From Monocercomonoides exilis PA203 (lineage: Eukaryota > Protista > Preaxostyla), in the NCBI GenBank assembly GCA_001643675.2, contig LSRY02000041.1, positions 372,001 to 436,000 on the forward strand: a stretch of 64,000 nucleotides of DNA. The letters are read 5' to 3'. The position numbers and the translations under genes were made by a program. Below the pieces are notes generated by a model. That model saw only the letters and a program-made list of their open reading frames with translations. It was not told where the DNA came from and made no database searches. Shown in pieces: positions 23,773-35,160 of the stretch; position 1 is the stretch's first letter, and each line of letters starts with the position of its first letter.

Positions 23773-24245
23773 ATTCTCTTGTTAAAATTCTCTTCAAAAA
23801 AATTATTTATTTCGTAGACGAAAAAAAAAGAAAAATAATTGTTTGTTTTGTTACACATTTGGTGGAACCTTTTCAAACTCTTTCTTTCTTTCGAAATTAG
23901 ATCCCGAAATTATACTCACAGAAATTTTGAAAATAACACATCACTTTTGTTTAAACAAAATCAATTGTTTTTAAAACTTTTGTTGCAGATTTTTTAAAAT
24001 AAACTCAAAATATTAATTAATTTTTGAAAAATCATAATTAGAACTATGATTCTATTTAAGATCAGCCAAATATTTCTTAACTCTAAAAGTGTTAAAAATA
24101 GTTTTCCAAAATCAAAATTTTCAATATTTTTTTATGAACTAATATATGACAACATTATTTATTCCAATAGAATAATGAAAAGAAATTGACCAGTATTGGA
24201 TTTAAAGGATTTGAATGCCATTGTTTCGAATTCAATGAAAAAAGA

Positions 24246-24408
24246 AAAACAAAACAAAACAAAACAAAACAAAACAAAACAAAACAAAACAAAACAAAAC
24301 AAAACAAAACAAAACAAAACAAAAAAAAAAAAATTTTTTTTTTTATTTTATAAAATCAAAAAGGAATTTATTCATTTTTATTAAGAATCCATCAATCTCT
24401 CTCTCTCT

Positions 24409-24445
<37 letters not shown>
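24246..24445 (+). repeat. (AAAAC)n pentanucleotide repeat, followed by (CT)n and a poly-T tract
   Basis: About 15 AAAAC units at 24246-24320; CT repeat and a ~34-nt T run to 24445. Confidence 0.95.
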
Positions 24446-24848
24446 CCAACAGTGTTTGTGCCCCAAAACAGGTTTCAAGTACACGTCAGAATAAAAAATA
24501 AACAAAAGTGTAAAAACAAACTTCGAATTGAGATACTGTGTGTTCTCAATTGAACAAATTGTTTTTCCTAATCACAAATAGGTGAAAGATTTTAAAGAAG
24601 TTCTTTTTGGAAAAAAAAAAATCAACAAATTCACATTACACATAAAGTCTGTATTATCAATTTTGAGAAAAATAAAAAAGAAAGAGAATATACAAAAAAG
24701 AAAGAAATAAACATTAATTTCGTTTAATAATTTTTCTTTTCAACTGAAATGACTTAATTTCTTTATAAGTGCTAAAAAAAAAAAAGAAAAAGAAAGAAAC
24801 TCAAAAATAAAACAATTCATCAAAATTTTAAAATAAGTGATGAAAGAT

Positions 24849-26657
24849 TCATTTCCTTTGTCTCTTTGAATCTGGTTCTTCCCCTTCTCCTCCATCAATT
24901 TCTGTTGGATTTCTCTTTTTAACATCAGGTTCCTCTTGTTGCTGATATTGTTCTGATTTTTTGCTTTCACCATTATATTCAGCATTGGGCTGATTCATCA
25001 CTTCAGTCGTGCTCTGGTCTGCCGAAGAGCTTTGCAGCTGCTCGGCTGGTTGCTGTTTTCCAGTTGTATCTGCGTTAACATCTTCGACAGCCGGCTTCTC
25101 AGCCTGCACAGCTCCTTCCTCGCCAACTTCCACTCGTTGCTGCTGCTGTTGCATTATACTCATCTGCATCTGCTGGTACGCGTACTGCTGTTGCTGGAAA
25201 TCATTCTGCGCTCCCATTCCCGGAATACCCGCAATCGGAGCCATGCCCATGCCACCCGGAGCACCCATCTGCCCAAAGCCAGCCATTTGGTTCATAAACC
25301 ACCCACCCATTGGGTTGTCAAAGGCAAGCATTGGAGCTTGCGACTGCATCTGAGATTGCAGCTGCGATGACCGGTCGCCTCTGTTGCCCTTCTTTCTGGC
25401 AGTGTAGCGCAGACCAGGGCATGCATCCTGAATGGGCTTCAGCGCAAACCCAAAGAAAAGTGGACCAGAAAGACGCGGCTGCTGTCGTTGTGGGCAATAA
25501 TACTTCAGTGCTGATGTCCAAGCAGCGGTCGAGGTGGATCCTTGGAAAATAGGTGCACCTGGTTCACAGGCTTGAACAGCAAAAGTTCTGTTGCTAAATT
25601 CTGAAATGAAGAGTTTGTGAATGTATGTAACAGCAGCTCGATATTTATTTGGGACAACAATTTGATTGACTTTAGATGAAGCATGAGGATCTGTCTCTCC
25701 TCTGTTGAGTAAGTAACAGCTTCCAACACGCGAATCATGCACAACAAGAAGGATGTTATATCTTCTCCCTCCAGCAGTTACAATCACTGCACCATGCTTT
25801 CCTGGTAGCAAGTCACCTGCATCATCTCCTTCCCATGTATTATCTCCATCATCATATCTTTCAACTCTTTGATTTATTGTGGATGCAAGCAACACGTCCA
25901 GATCTTCATTTTCGTCACTTTGTCCAGATCCAGGTCCTCCTCGAATATATGGATTCTGGAAATTAAATGGACGTTGATACTGATGATATGAATAACTCTG
26001 CGTCGCTGGCTCAATTCTTGATGCAGGTATTCCAAAACCTTCCATCATGGATGATTGGATTGGAGCAGATTGAGCAGAGGGCTCTGGTTGAGGTGCAGAT
26101 TCAGGTTGAGCCATTCTGCTTTGGTCAATTGTTTGTGGCATCATTTGCATTTGCCACATTTGTGTTGGGGCAGCCGCAGTCTGATATTGCATCCCAGGCT
26201 GCATCATTTGTTGCATGGCAATTTGTTGGCCTGTTTGGCCCGCAAGGACTTGAGCTCCGGCTTCTCCTCCTGCATAAGTCAAATAAGCCATTGATGCAGC
26301 AAGAGAAGGGGCTGTTTGTGTCTGGATTTGATCCACCTGTGCCTGGAGCTGCTGCTGTTGTTGAATTGAGATATCATTCACTTCATCGGAAGTCTGACCC
26401 TCAGGAGGCAGAGTCTGAGATTCTACCTGTAATTGATATTATTATATTTCATAACATACAAAAAATAAACATGAATGACAGATGGTTATCGTAGAAAAAA
26501 ATATTCAAGATCAGGAAACGATCCGATTTAGGATCATAAATGATCATCAAAGGATCATCATCAAAACACAAACATGCAATCAAAAAAATACATAGAAATG
26601 ATATATTTAATCAAGGAAAACTGCAAAGCAAAAAGATCACACTTTTGTATCACTCAT
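24849..26657 (-). CDS. FYRN/FYRC (F/Y-rich) domain protein with Q/M/G-rich low-complexity arms
   Basis: Exon 1 (26643-26657, MSDTK), intron 26427-26642, exon 2 VESQTLPPEG... to TGA. The core IVVPNKYRAAVTY...IFQGSTSTAAWTSALK...LSGPLFFGFALKPIQDACPGL resembles the FYRN and FYRC consensus (F.G.SP..AW...SG..FFG). C-terminal KRQRK is NLS-like. Confidence 0.75.
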
Positions 26658-26890
26658 AGTTTTACTGTAAGATCAATAATAAACTAATAAAGGTTATGTT
26701 TCGATCATACATATACTTTAATATTTGATTTTATCAATAAATATTTATTCATGAAACTACTCGTTTAAATCCATTAAGTCTTTGCTTAAACAAAAAAATG
26801 CATTTAAACATCAAAAACAAAAACCATTACATAAATAAAAGAACACAATTATTTCACAAAATATATTTATCATTCAGATGAAGATCTCTC

Positions 26891-27157
26891 TTAACTTCCA
26901 CCAGTTTTCATCTGAGAAGAGCAATCTTCGTTATCGCAAAGCTTTCCATCTTCTTCATTTTGAGTAATTTCATTTTCCAATTCTTCATTGCGAGGCCAAG
27001 TTAACAAAGATTCTCCAATTCCCGAAAGAGTTCCTCCAACAGCAGTAGAAAGAGGAAGTTCATAGAACATTCCATCTGACACAACAACTGAATAATAATA
27101 ATAATAATATTAATAAAACATATAAAATAAATAAATAAATAAAATAGAAAGAGAAAG

Positions 27158-27206
<49 letters not shown>

Positions 27207-29785
27207 AAGAGAGAGATATAAACACATAAAAAAAAACAACCATAAAAATTTTGATATTCTTTTTTCTTTCTTTCTATTTTCTATTTTCTATTTTCTTTCT
27301 TTCTTTCTTTCTTTCTACCTTTTTTCTTTTTCTTTTCATCTATCTTTTTTTTTTTCCCTAATAAAAAAAAAGCATACCAACAAGTTCCCCAGTCTTCCTG
27401 TATGCACTCCATGCACATAGAGAAGACATTTCATTCAGAGAAGCAGAGACATAAGAAGGAGGAAGAGAAGAAGAAGAAGAACTTGATGAAATGTTCAAGT
27501 CAGATGAATTTATTCCAGTTGAATCAGAAGAAGAAGAAGAAGAAGAAGAAGAAGAAGAAGAAGAAGAAGAAGAAGAAGGAGAAGAAGAAGATAAATCTTT
27601 ATCTTCATCTCGACCTTCTCCTTCATCCTTCAAAGAAACCTCCATTTGCATACATTCTTTCTCTTCTCCTTTCAATTTCTTCTCATTTGTCTGTTTATTA
27701 TTACTATTACTATTACTATTACTATTATTATTATTATTAACATCATAATCTTCTGAATTTTTTTCTTTTTCTTTTTCTTTCTCTTCTTCTCCTTTTTCTT
27801 CTTCTTCTTTTCTTTCTTCTCCTCCTTCTTCTCCTTTTCCTTCTTCTTTAATTATTTTATTTGTTGTTTCTGAAGAATCAGAATCAGAATAAGAATCAAA
27901 AAAAGAACTGGAAGAAGAAGAAGAAGAATCAGAATTAGAAGGAGGAGGAGGATGAGAAGAAGAAGAAGAAGAAGAAGAAGAAGAATTAGAAGAAGAAGAA
28001 GCTAATGTTTCATCAGAGTTGATCATTTGGAAAGGAGAAGACGATTGAAGAAAGAGATTTGGCTGTTGGGGCTGGCTGAAGCGGAATTTGGCACAGCTTC
28101 TGGTGGAAGAGACATGGAGAGGGGGAGGAGAAGAGGGGGAAGGGGAAGGAGAAGGAGAAGAAATTGAAGAAGAAGATGGAGAGGAAGAAGAAGAAGAAGA
28201 TGATGATAGAGAAGAAGAGGAAGAGGAAGAAGAAAGAGAAGAAGAAGAAGAGCGAGGTGATTCAGAATGTGATCTTTGAGTGTTCTCTTTGGCTGTATCA
28301 GAAAGAGAGGCATTTGAGAGAGGAGGGGTTGACTCACGGCGCCTTCCAAACCAGTTCATTGGATTTCTGAAAGGAAGAAAGGAAGGAATGAAAAATAGAA
28401 AAAAAGAAAAAAAGAAAGAAAAAAAGAAAAAAAGAATAAAGGAATAAAGGAAAGAAAGAAAGAAAGAAGGAATGAAAGAAGGAAAAATTAGGATACAAAT
28501 TGTTGAGTGTGTGTGGGAAAATGGTGTGGAGATGTTGAATTGGAATCGAAAAAAAAAGAAAAGAAAAGGAAAAAATAAAATGTGGATAAAAAAAAAAGAA
28601 ATGAAAATTGATTCAAATAAGAAAAACCAGTAAAAAAAGATTCAAACAAAAACATACAAGGCATTTCCGATTGTTTGTAGTGTGGATGATGCTGGAATTT
28701 TCAGGTCAAATACATGAACAGTTCCCTTATAGTTGAAAAAAAAGGAGATAAAATCAAAATTTGCATAATTAAATTTGAATAAATAATTAAATAAACAAAT
28801 GGAAAAAAAAGAGGAGGAATTAATTTCGTAGGTTTCAAAATCATTTATTTCACAAAGAATTACTTCAAGACATGTTTTTGCACAAGAAAATTCTTGTTCT
28901 ATTTTGATTTAAAAGTGACATACTCTGTTTGAACTCAATGACAAATAATGACTGTCAGAATCAAATGCCATCCCATCCACTCGACATCCGTGCATCCCTC
29001 TGAGAAAGCTGCGAAATAACGTGCCCGTTTGGACATTCCATATGTGAACATAAATTCCCTTTGAAAAAAAAAGAAGAATACAAAATTATCTTAATATATA
29101 ATAAAAATATAAGTCATACATCTGTTGAAGTTGTTGCCAAAAGAGATCCATCATAATTAAATACCAAAGACTGAATATCTTTATCTTCAGCCTTTATTGT
29201 CTGCTCTTTCCCCTGGCTTAAAAAAATACAGTTCACATAACCATTCAACTGAGGTATCGCAATCACCGGGTCAATTGTACATGCCGATACAGAAAATAGA
29301 TTTTTGAATTGCTTCGAAATGGGGAAAACTGCCTTTGTTTTCTTTTCTTCCAATGAAATCACTTGTAAAGAGTTGCAAACAGAAACAAGAAAACTTTGAA
29401 AAACATTTTAATAACATTCTCAACGTCAATAATTGATAATACAAACTAATTCCCTGTGAATTTTATTGCATCTATTTCTGATTGGAATGATAAATCGACT
29501 AATTTATAAATGAATCATGTGATAATTCATACAGTAAAAGAATTAGATACAATCAAGATTTTCAGATATTGTTGACAAAAAATGGACTGTAGAAGGTTCC
29601 TCAATCGTACAATAAGCACAGATATTAAGCTGAGAAGAGTAATCAATTATGCGCGCAGTTGAATCAAGTTTTCGCGAAAAAATTACAGAATGTGAAATCA
29701 AATCATAGAGGTTAAGCCCCTCAACTGTTGCTGCGCATATAATCTCATCTTTCATTTCATAACGAAGTGCAGTGATTTTTACCAT
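26891..29785 (-). CDS. ATG18: Atg18/WIPI-family (PROPPIN) WD40 beta-propeller with a long Ser/Glu-rich insertion
   Basis: Seven inferred exons with GT-AG introns and consistent phases, including 28924-29058, 28658-28725, 27378-28366 and 26891-27087. Spliced protein: DLSFQSEIDAIKF...IKAEDKDIQSLVFNYDGSLLATTSTDGIYVHIWNVQTGTLFRSFLRG...LSLSSNRGTVHVFDL, the PROPPIN blade 5-6 signature. Confidence 0.85.
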
Positions 29786-29875
29786 AGTTTTGATGCAATC
29801 CAATCTTGAAAAGAAAAATTACAAAAAAACCAATCAAAAACCAAATAATAATATGGGCGCATCATTTTTCAAATC

Positions 29876-32800
29876 ATGTTTATCGAACTCTATTTCATTT
29901 TTTCACTTCACTGTGAGTTATCTCTCGATGAAAAATACATTTCTGTTAAGACTCCAGAAGGAATAGAGTTCGTTGGTGTTAAAGATGATGAAGACACAGC
30001 TTCTTTTCTTGGGATTCCATATGCTGCACCTCCTGTTGGAGAAAACAGATGGAAGATGCCTTCAAGATATATCCCAAAGGATGGATTGAAGATTCATGCA
30101 AATGTTATACGTATGATTCGAATATATGCCTTTTAATTTTTTGATTTATTTATGTTTTCGATAGCTCCTGCATGCATGCAAGATAAAAATGTTAAAAAAT
30201 CTGAAGACTGTCTTTATTTAAATGTCTTTACTCCTGTTCAGGCAATGAAGCAGAAAGATGATGCTACATTCCATGGCCTTCCTGTTTGCGTATATTTTCA
30301 TTATGGCAGCTTTGTGAGAGGAAGCTCTGCAAAACAACCGGGATTAAGTTATCAACAATACAACAAAAAAGGAGTTATTTTTGTTTCTGTCAATTATCGT
30401 CTTGGAATTTTTGGATATTTTGCTCATCCTGCATTGAGTCTTGAAGATCCTAAATTCAAAACAAACTTTGGACTCTTTGATCAGATAGCATCGCTTGAAT
30501 GGGTACAGCGCAACATAAAAGCATTTGGAGGCGATCCATCTCTGGTGACCGTTCTTGGGATTGTGTGCATTTTTTTAAAAATTAATGCTTCATTTTCATT
30601 TGTTTTTGAATAATTATTTTCATTTCCACAATTTAAGTCTTCAGGCGCAAATTCCGTACTTCTTCACATGTCATCTGCAGCGAATGGAAGTGTGAAGCCG
30701 CTCTTTCACAGAGCAATTGTGCATTCACCCGTTGTCACATACAACACCCTTCAAAGCCACGATTTTGCATACAAAGAAGCAATTGGCTCAGTCTTTGCAC
30801 GACATTTGATGGAAATAGCAGAAAAGAACAAGACAAACACTGATATGAAAGAACATGTTTCAAAGAATGAAACAAATGAGCTTAATGAAAGTCTCAAATT
30901 CACCGAATTCACAGCCAGCACAAAAGAAATCACTAACATCTCAACACTCAACGAAACAAGGCGGATTGAAGAGTATCAACAAGAACTGGCCTTCTTGCGC
31001 TCAATTCCCGGTGAAGTGCTGCAGAGGCAGCTGGAAGCGATTTACGACACGCCACCTCCGCCTCGCTCAATATTCCTCGACTCGTTCTCATTTCGCTCGT
31101 TCCAAAGAGTTTCTGAGACTTCTTTGATCACTCATTCAATTATCAACTCATGTGAAGGAGAAAGGAATAACACAGAAAACACAGAAAATACGGAGAATTC
31201 AGAAACCCAATTGGATAAAAGCAAACAAGAAGGAAGATCGGAGTTTTCTATTTCTCCGTTGCCGATGTCTGCGGCTCATTATCTCACAACCCCGTCTGCT
31301 GCACCGGGAACTATCTTTTGGCAGGACATTCTCAATTCAGACATATCATCAAACACTGAAATTCCAGATAAACATGTTAATTCTCATTCTCATTCTTCTT
31401 CTTCTTCTTCCTCTTCCTCTTCCTCCCCTTCGAATAGCCCCCTTCCAATCTCTGTACGCAATGCCCACCACATCCCTCTCCTCATCGGCACCACACAAGA
31501 CGAGGCCAACGGGCTTTTAACAGATTCCTTCCCGCTCATCGCTCCTTCCCCGAAGATGGTGTCAGAAGGCTTTCAGATGCTCTGCAGGCAGATGGAAGTG
31601 ATCAATGACAGGCTGAACAATTCTCTATGGATAACATCGAAAAGGAATGTGAATGAAAATGATAATAGCAACAAAACAAACAATGATGGGGAATTTCATC
31701 GTCATCATCGACGCCTTTTCCCCCTTCCTCATCCTCTTTCAGAGAGAATAAGCCATTCTGTTGACACACTCATCCATCATAACACAACACAAGATGAACT
31801 TCCTCTGTCTCCCCGCTGCAAACAGCTGCTTTTCTGGTATTTCGGCGAAGATCAGCCAGAAATCACTGAAAATTCACTGCAAGACCAGAAAATGACATCA
31901 AATTCTTCTTCTTTTACTTCTTTTCTACCTTCTTTTTTGACTTCATTTTTTTCTTCTCTTTTTTCTGTGAGCAAAGCGAAGAAGAATGCAGGGAGGGGCT
32001 GGTGGAAGCTGAATGAGATTGTCACTGACTTTGTGTTTGAGACAGGAATGAGGGAATATCTCAACAGTCTGTTTCCTTCTCATAATCATCATCATCATTC
32101 TTCTTCTTCTCTTTCTTCTTCTTCCTCTAATCATCCAAACGATCACTCTGAACTAACAACCCAAAACCAATCATCCTCCTCCTCTTCTTCTTCTTCTTCC
32201 TCATCCTCCTCTTCTCCTTCTTCACCACAACCTCCTCCTTCTCCATTCAAAGACACCTTCTCACTGCAACCCGATCCTCCTGTCTATCGCTTTGTCTTCA
32301 GCTATCCTCCTCTCTCCACCAACCGCTTCATCCGAGCCTCTCATCCTTCTCTTTGTTTGAACATCATTTCTTCCTCTATCGTCTCATTCACAAACCTCAT
32401 CAGTCACATTCTGCCTTCCTCTTTTGCTGTCCCTCTCTCTTCTTTCCTCTTGTCCATCGCTTCTTCTCTCAGCCCATCGGTTTTTGATGGAAATTCTGCT
32501 TCTTCATCCATTTTTCATTCAACAGCAACTTCTTCTTCCATTTCTTCTTCTTCTTCTCTTTCTCCTTCCTCTCACCCCTCATACTCACTGCCATCTTCTC
32601 CTCTTTCCTTTCTGCTCGGCCTGGGCACTTATCACACAGCAGATGCCACATACGCTGTGGGCGGCGAAGGAAATATGCACTTTCCAAATGTACCTCTTTT
32701 TGGGCAGCTGACAGAAGAAGAGAAATGGCTGCAGGACAAGCAGACGACGATGTGGGTGGAATTTATGAAGGAAGGGAAGTTTGAGAGGAGGGAGTGGGAG

Positions 32801-33640
32801 GAATACACGAAGGAGATGGAGGAGTATACGGCGATTCATATGAAGGAGGAGGAGAAGAAGGAGAAGAATGGGAAAAATGAGGAGAAAAAAGAGAAGGAAA
32901 TCAATATGAATGATTCAGAGTTGATGACACAAAAAACAGAAACAGATGAACTGCTTCATTCTTCAGATGACAAAAAGGAAACTAAAAATCTCCAATCACT
33001 TGATGTCCATCCAGAAACTGAACTGAATGAGAGCTGGCTGAGTTTTGGAAAAGGGTACAAGAAAGAAGCACTCGAACTGTGGGGCAGCTTCATCAGAGAG
33101 CGGGTGCAGCTGTGGGAGGAAGAGAGAGAAGAGTTAAGCAAACTTTCTAACAAAACGAGCGATTCTCCTTTCCTCTCTTTGAACGATGTGCAGCAGGAGG
33201 TGCTGTTGGGGGTGGCTAAACAGGATATCCTTGCAATGACACCTCTTTCTGCGCCTTCGTTCAATATCTCTTTCCATTTGCCACACAATTCATCATCAAT
33301 TGCCTCAGCAACCATCACTTATGACAGCTCAATTGACGATGGCGTGTCATTTCTGAAGAGGCATGAGCCATTTCTTGTGTCATTTGTGAATGGAATGCAG
33401 TTCCTTCCCTCGAAACAGCAGAAGGCGATCAAATACGCCCTTTTGACTGTGCTGCTGCTTTCGCTGTGGTTCTTCCCGTTTGCTGTTGTCTTCGTGTTTT
33501 TGGTTGTTCTGTCTCCGCCCGTTGGAGTTGCGTTTGCTCTTGTTATGTTTCTGGGCTGTGCGATGAGAATGGCAGTTGACAGACTGAAGAAGCTTCAAAG
33601 AAAAGAGGCTCCGAAGAAAAGAAAAATTAAATCGCTTTGA
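29876..33640 (+). CDS. Type-B carboxylesterase (alpha/beta hydrolase), secreted-type N-terminus and C-terminal membrane anchor
   Basis: Motifs FLGIPYAAPPVGENRW, SEDCLYLNVFTP, VSVNYRLGIFGY and NFGLFDQIASLEWVQRNIKAFGGDP. Introns 30111-30164 and 30563-30637 give the nucleophile motif G-I-S-S-G. Acid residue in LIGTTQDE, His in GTYHTAD; ~45-aa hydrophobic C-terminal segment. Confidence 0.9.
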
Positions 33641-33659
33641 TGTAATGCTTTGTAATTTT

Positions 33660-33797
33660 CTGTATTTCTTTTTCTTTTCCTTTTTTTTCCCCCTTTTTTT
33701 TTCCTTTTTTTTCCCCCTTTTTCTTTTCCTTTTTTTTTCCCTTTTTTTTTCCTTTTTTTTTTCCTTTTTTTTTCCTTTTTTTTCCCCTTTTTTTTTC
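33660..33797 (+). repeat. Degenerate (T7-9CC)n pyrimidine minisatellite between convergent 3' ends
   Basis: Repeated T runs separated by CC to CCCCC. Confidence 0.85.
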
Positions 33798-33962
33798 ACT
33801 AGTCATCTTTTTCTTTCTTACAAATTTTTTTACAATTGTTGTAATATGAAATTTCATATATATTCAAGAAAATAGGAGAATATTTTGGAAATTTTCAATT
33901 GGAATCTTATTTGATGACAGTCAAAATGACAAAAATACGTATTTCTTCTTATTTTGTCACGC

Positions 33963-35046
33963 TTAAATGAAAATACTTTCTTTTTCTTCACGAATTGTGG
34001 TTTCTTCTCCATGTCCTGCAACAACAAACAGACATCAGATATTAAAAACATTTTTTTTGAAAATAAAAACATTCGTTTTCAGAAATGAAACTCTTTGCAA
34101 GAAATAAACAACAAACCGCAAATTATGCGAGTCGAATCAGGCAATGAAAACAAGGTTTCTTTGATAGATTTCCGAAGTTGTTCCATGCTGCCACCCTGTG
34201 ATGTCACAAAAAAGGAAAATTAAAAGTTTTTAAAAATATGAAAGCTTTCCCATACCGGAAGATCAGTTCGGCCTGCAAATCAATAATATTGAAGATGATA
34301 TTTCGTTTAATAATTTTTTAAATAAGAATTGAGATTGTAAAAATAAAAACAACAAACCATAACTATAAAAACAAAAAAGAAAAGGAATATGAATCAATAT
34401 ATGAACATAAAATCACAAACTTTCCTTGGAATAGAGTATCACCTGATATCAAAAGGTTTGGAAAACTGAAAGAGCAAGATCCAGGGCTATGACCAGGAGT
34501 ATGCAGTATAACTCCTTCAACATCTCCAACACGAATTTTATCACCTTCGTGATGAACATCAACCTTATTTTTAATTTATGAAATATTTTTCAAGCAAAAA
34601 ATGAATTCATACAGGTGGAACAGTTGCGAAGGAACATTTCACTCCAAGCATCCTCATGAGAGTAGGAGAATTACGATATAAATCATTATCTGCTGGATGC
34701 AATGTTACAGGGCATTGTAACTCCTTTGCTAAAACTCCAGAAAGATCTACATGATCAAAATGACCGTGCGTGTCTAAAAAACAAATAGAACAAAATATCA
34801 CTTCGAATAAAAACGAAACATATTACACACAGTAAACATGATGTACTTTAACATCGGCTTTCTTCACTGCATCAAGTATTTTTGCTAATTATTTATTAGA
34901 TAAAATAATCTTAATAAAATCGTAAAATTCAAACGAATGTTTCCTCCAGCATCAAAAATAACTGCATCTTTTGTTTTTGGATCTGATACAATTATTGTAT
35001 TAGCCTGAAGATCCCCAACCGGAAAATAAACAACTTCCAATGACAT
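33963..35046 (-). CDS. Metallo-beta-lactamase-fold hydrolase, glyoxalase II-like (YcbL/GloC type), 8 exons
   Basis: Spliced protein MSLEVVYFPVGDLQANT...FDAGG...THGHFDH...LHPAD...HTPGHSPG...SGDTLFQGNYGRTDLPGGS...ICGHGEETT, stop TAA 33963. All metal ligands are present. Requires microexons 34358-34362 and 34256-34272. Confidence 0.9.
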
Positions 35047-35160
35047 GATAGAATTAAAAAAATATAAAGGTTTTTCTAAAAAACAAAATGCCGGAAAGAA
35101 TATTAGGGTACAATTGCTTCTCAATTCATTCAAATTCATTGATAGCCATAAAAGAGTCGA

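Noticed and set aside
24246-24445. Regular repeats as a CRISPR array or telomere
   Set aside because: No spacers and no telomeric unit; simple microsatellites in a eukaryotic context.
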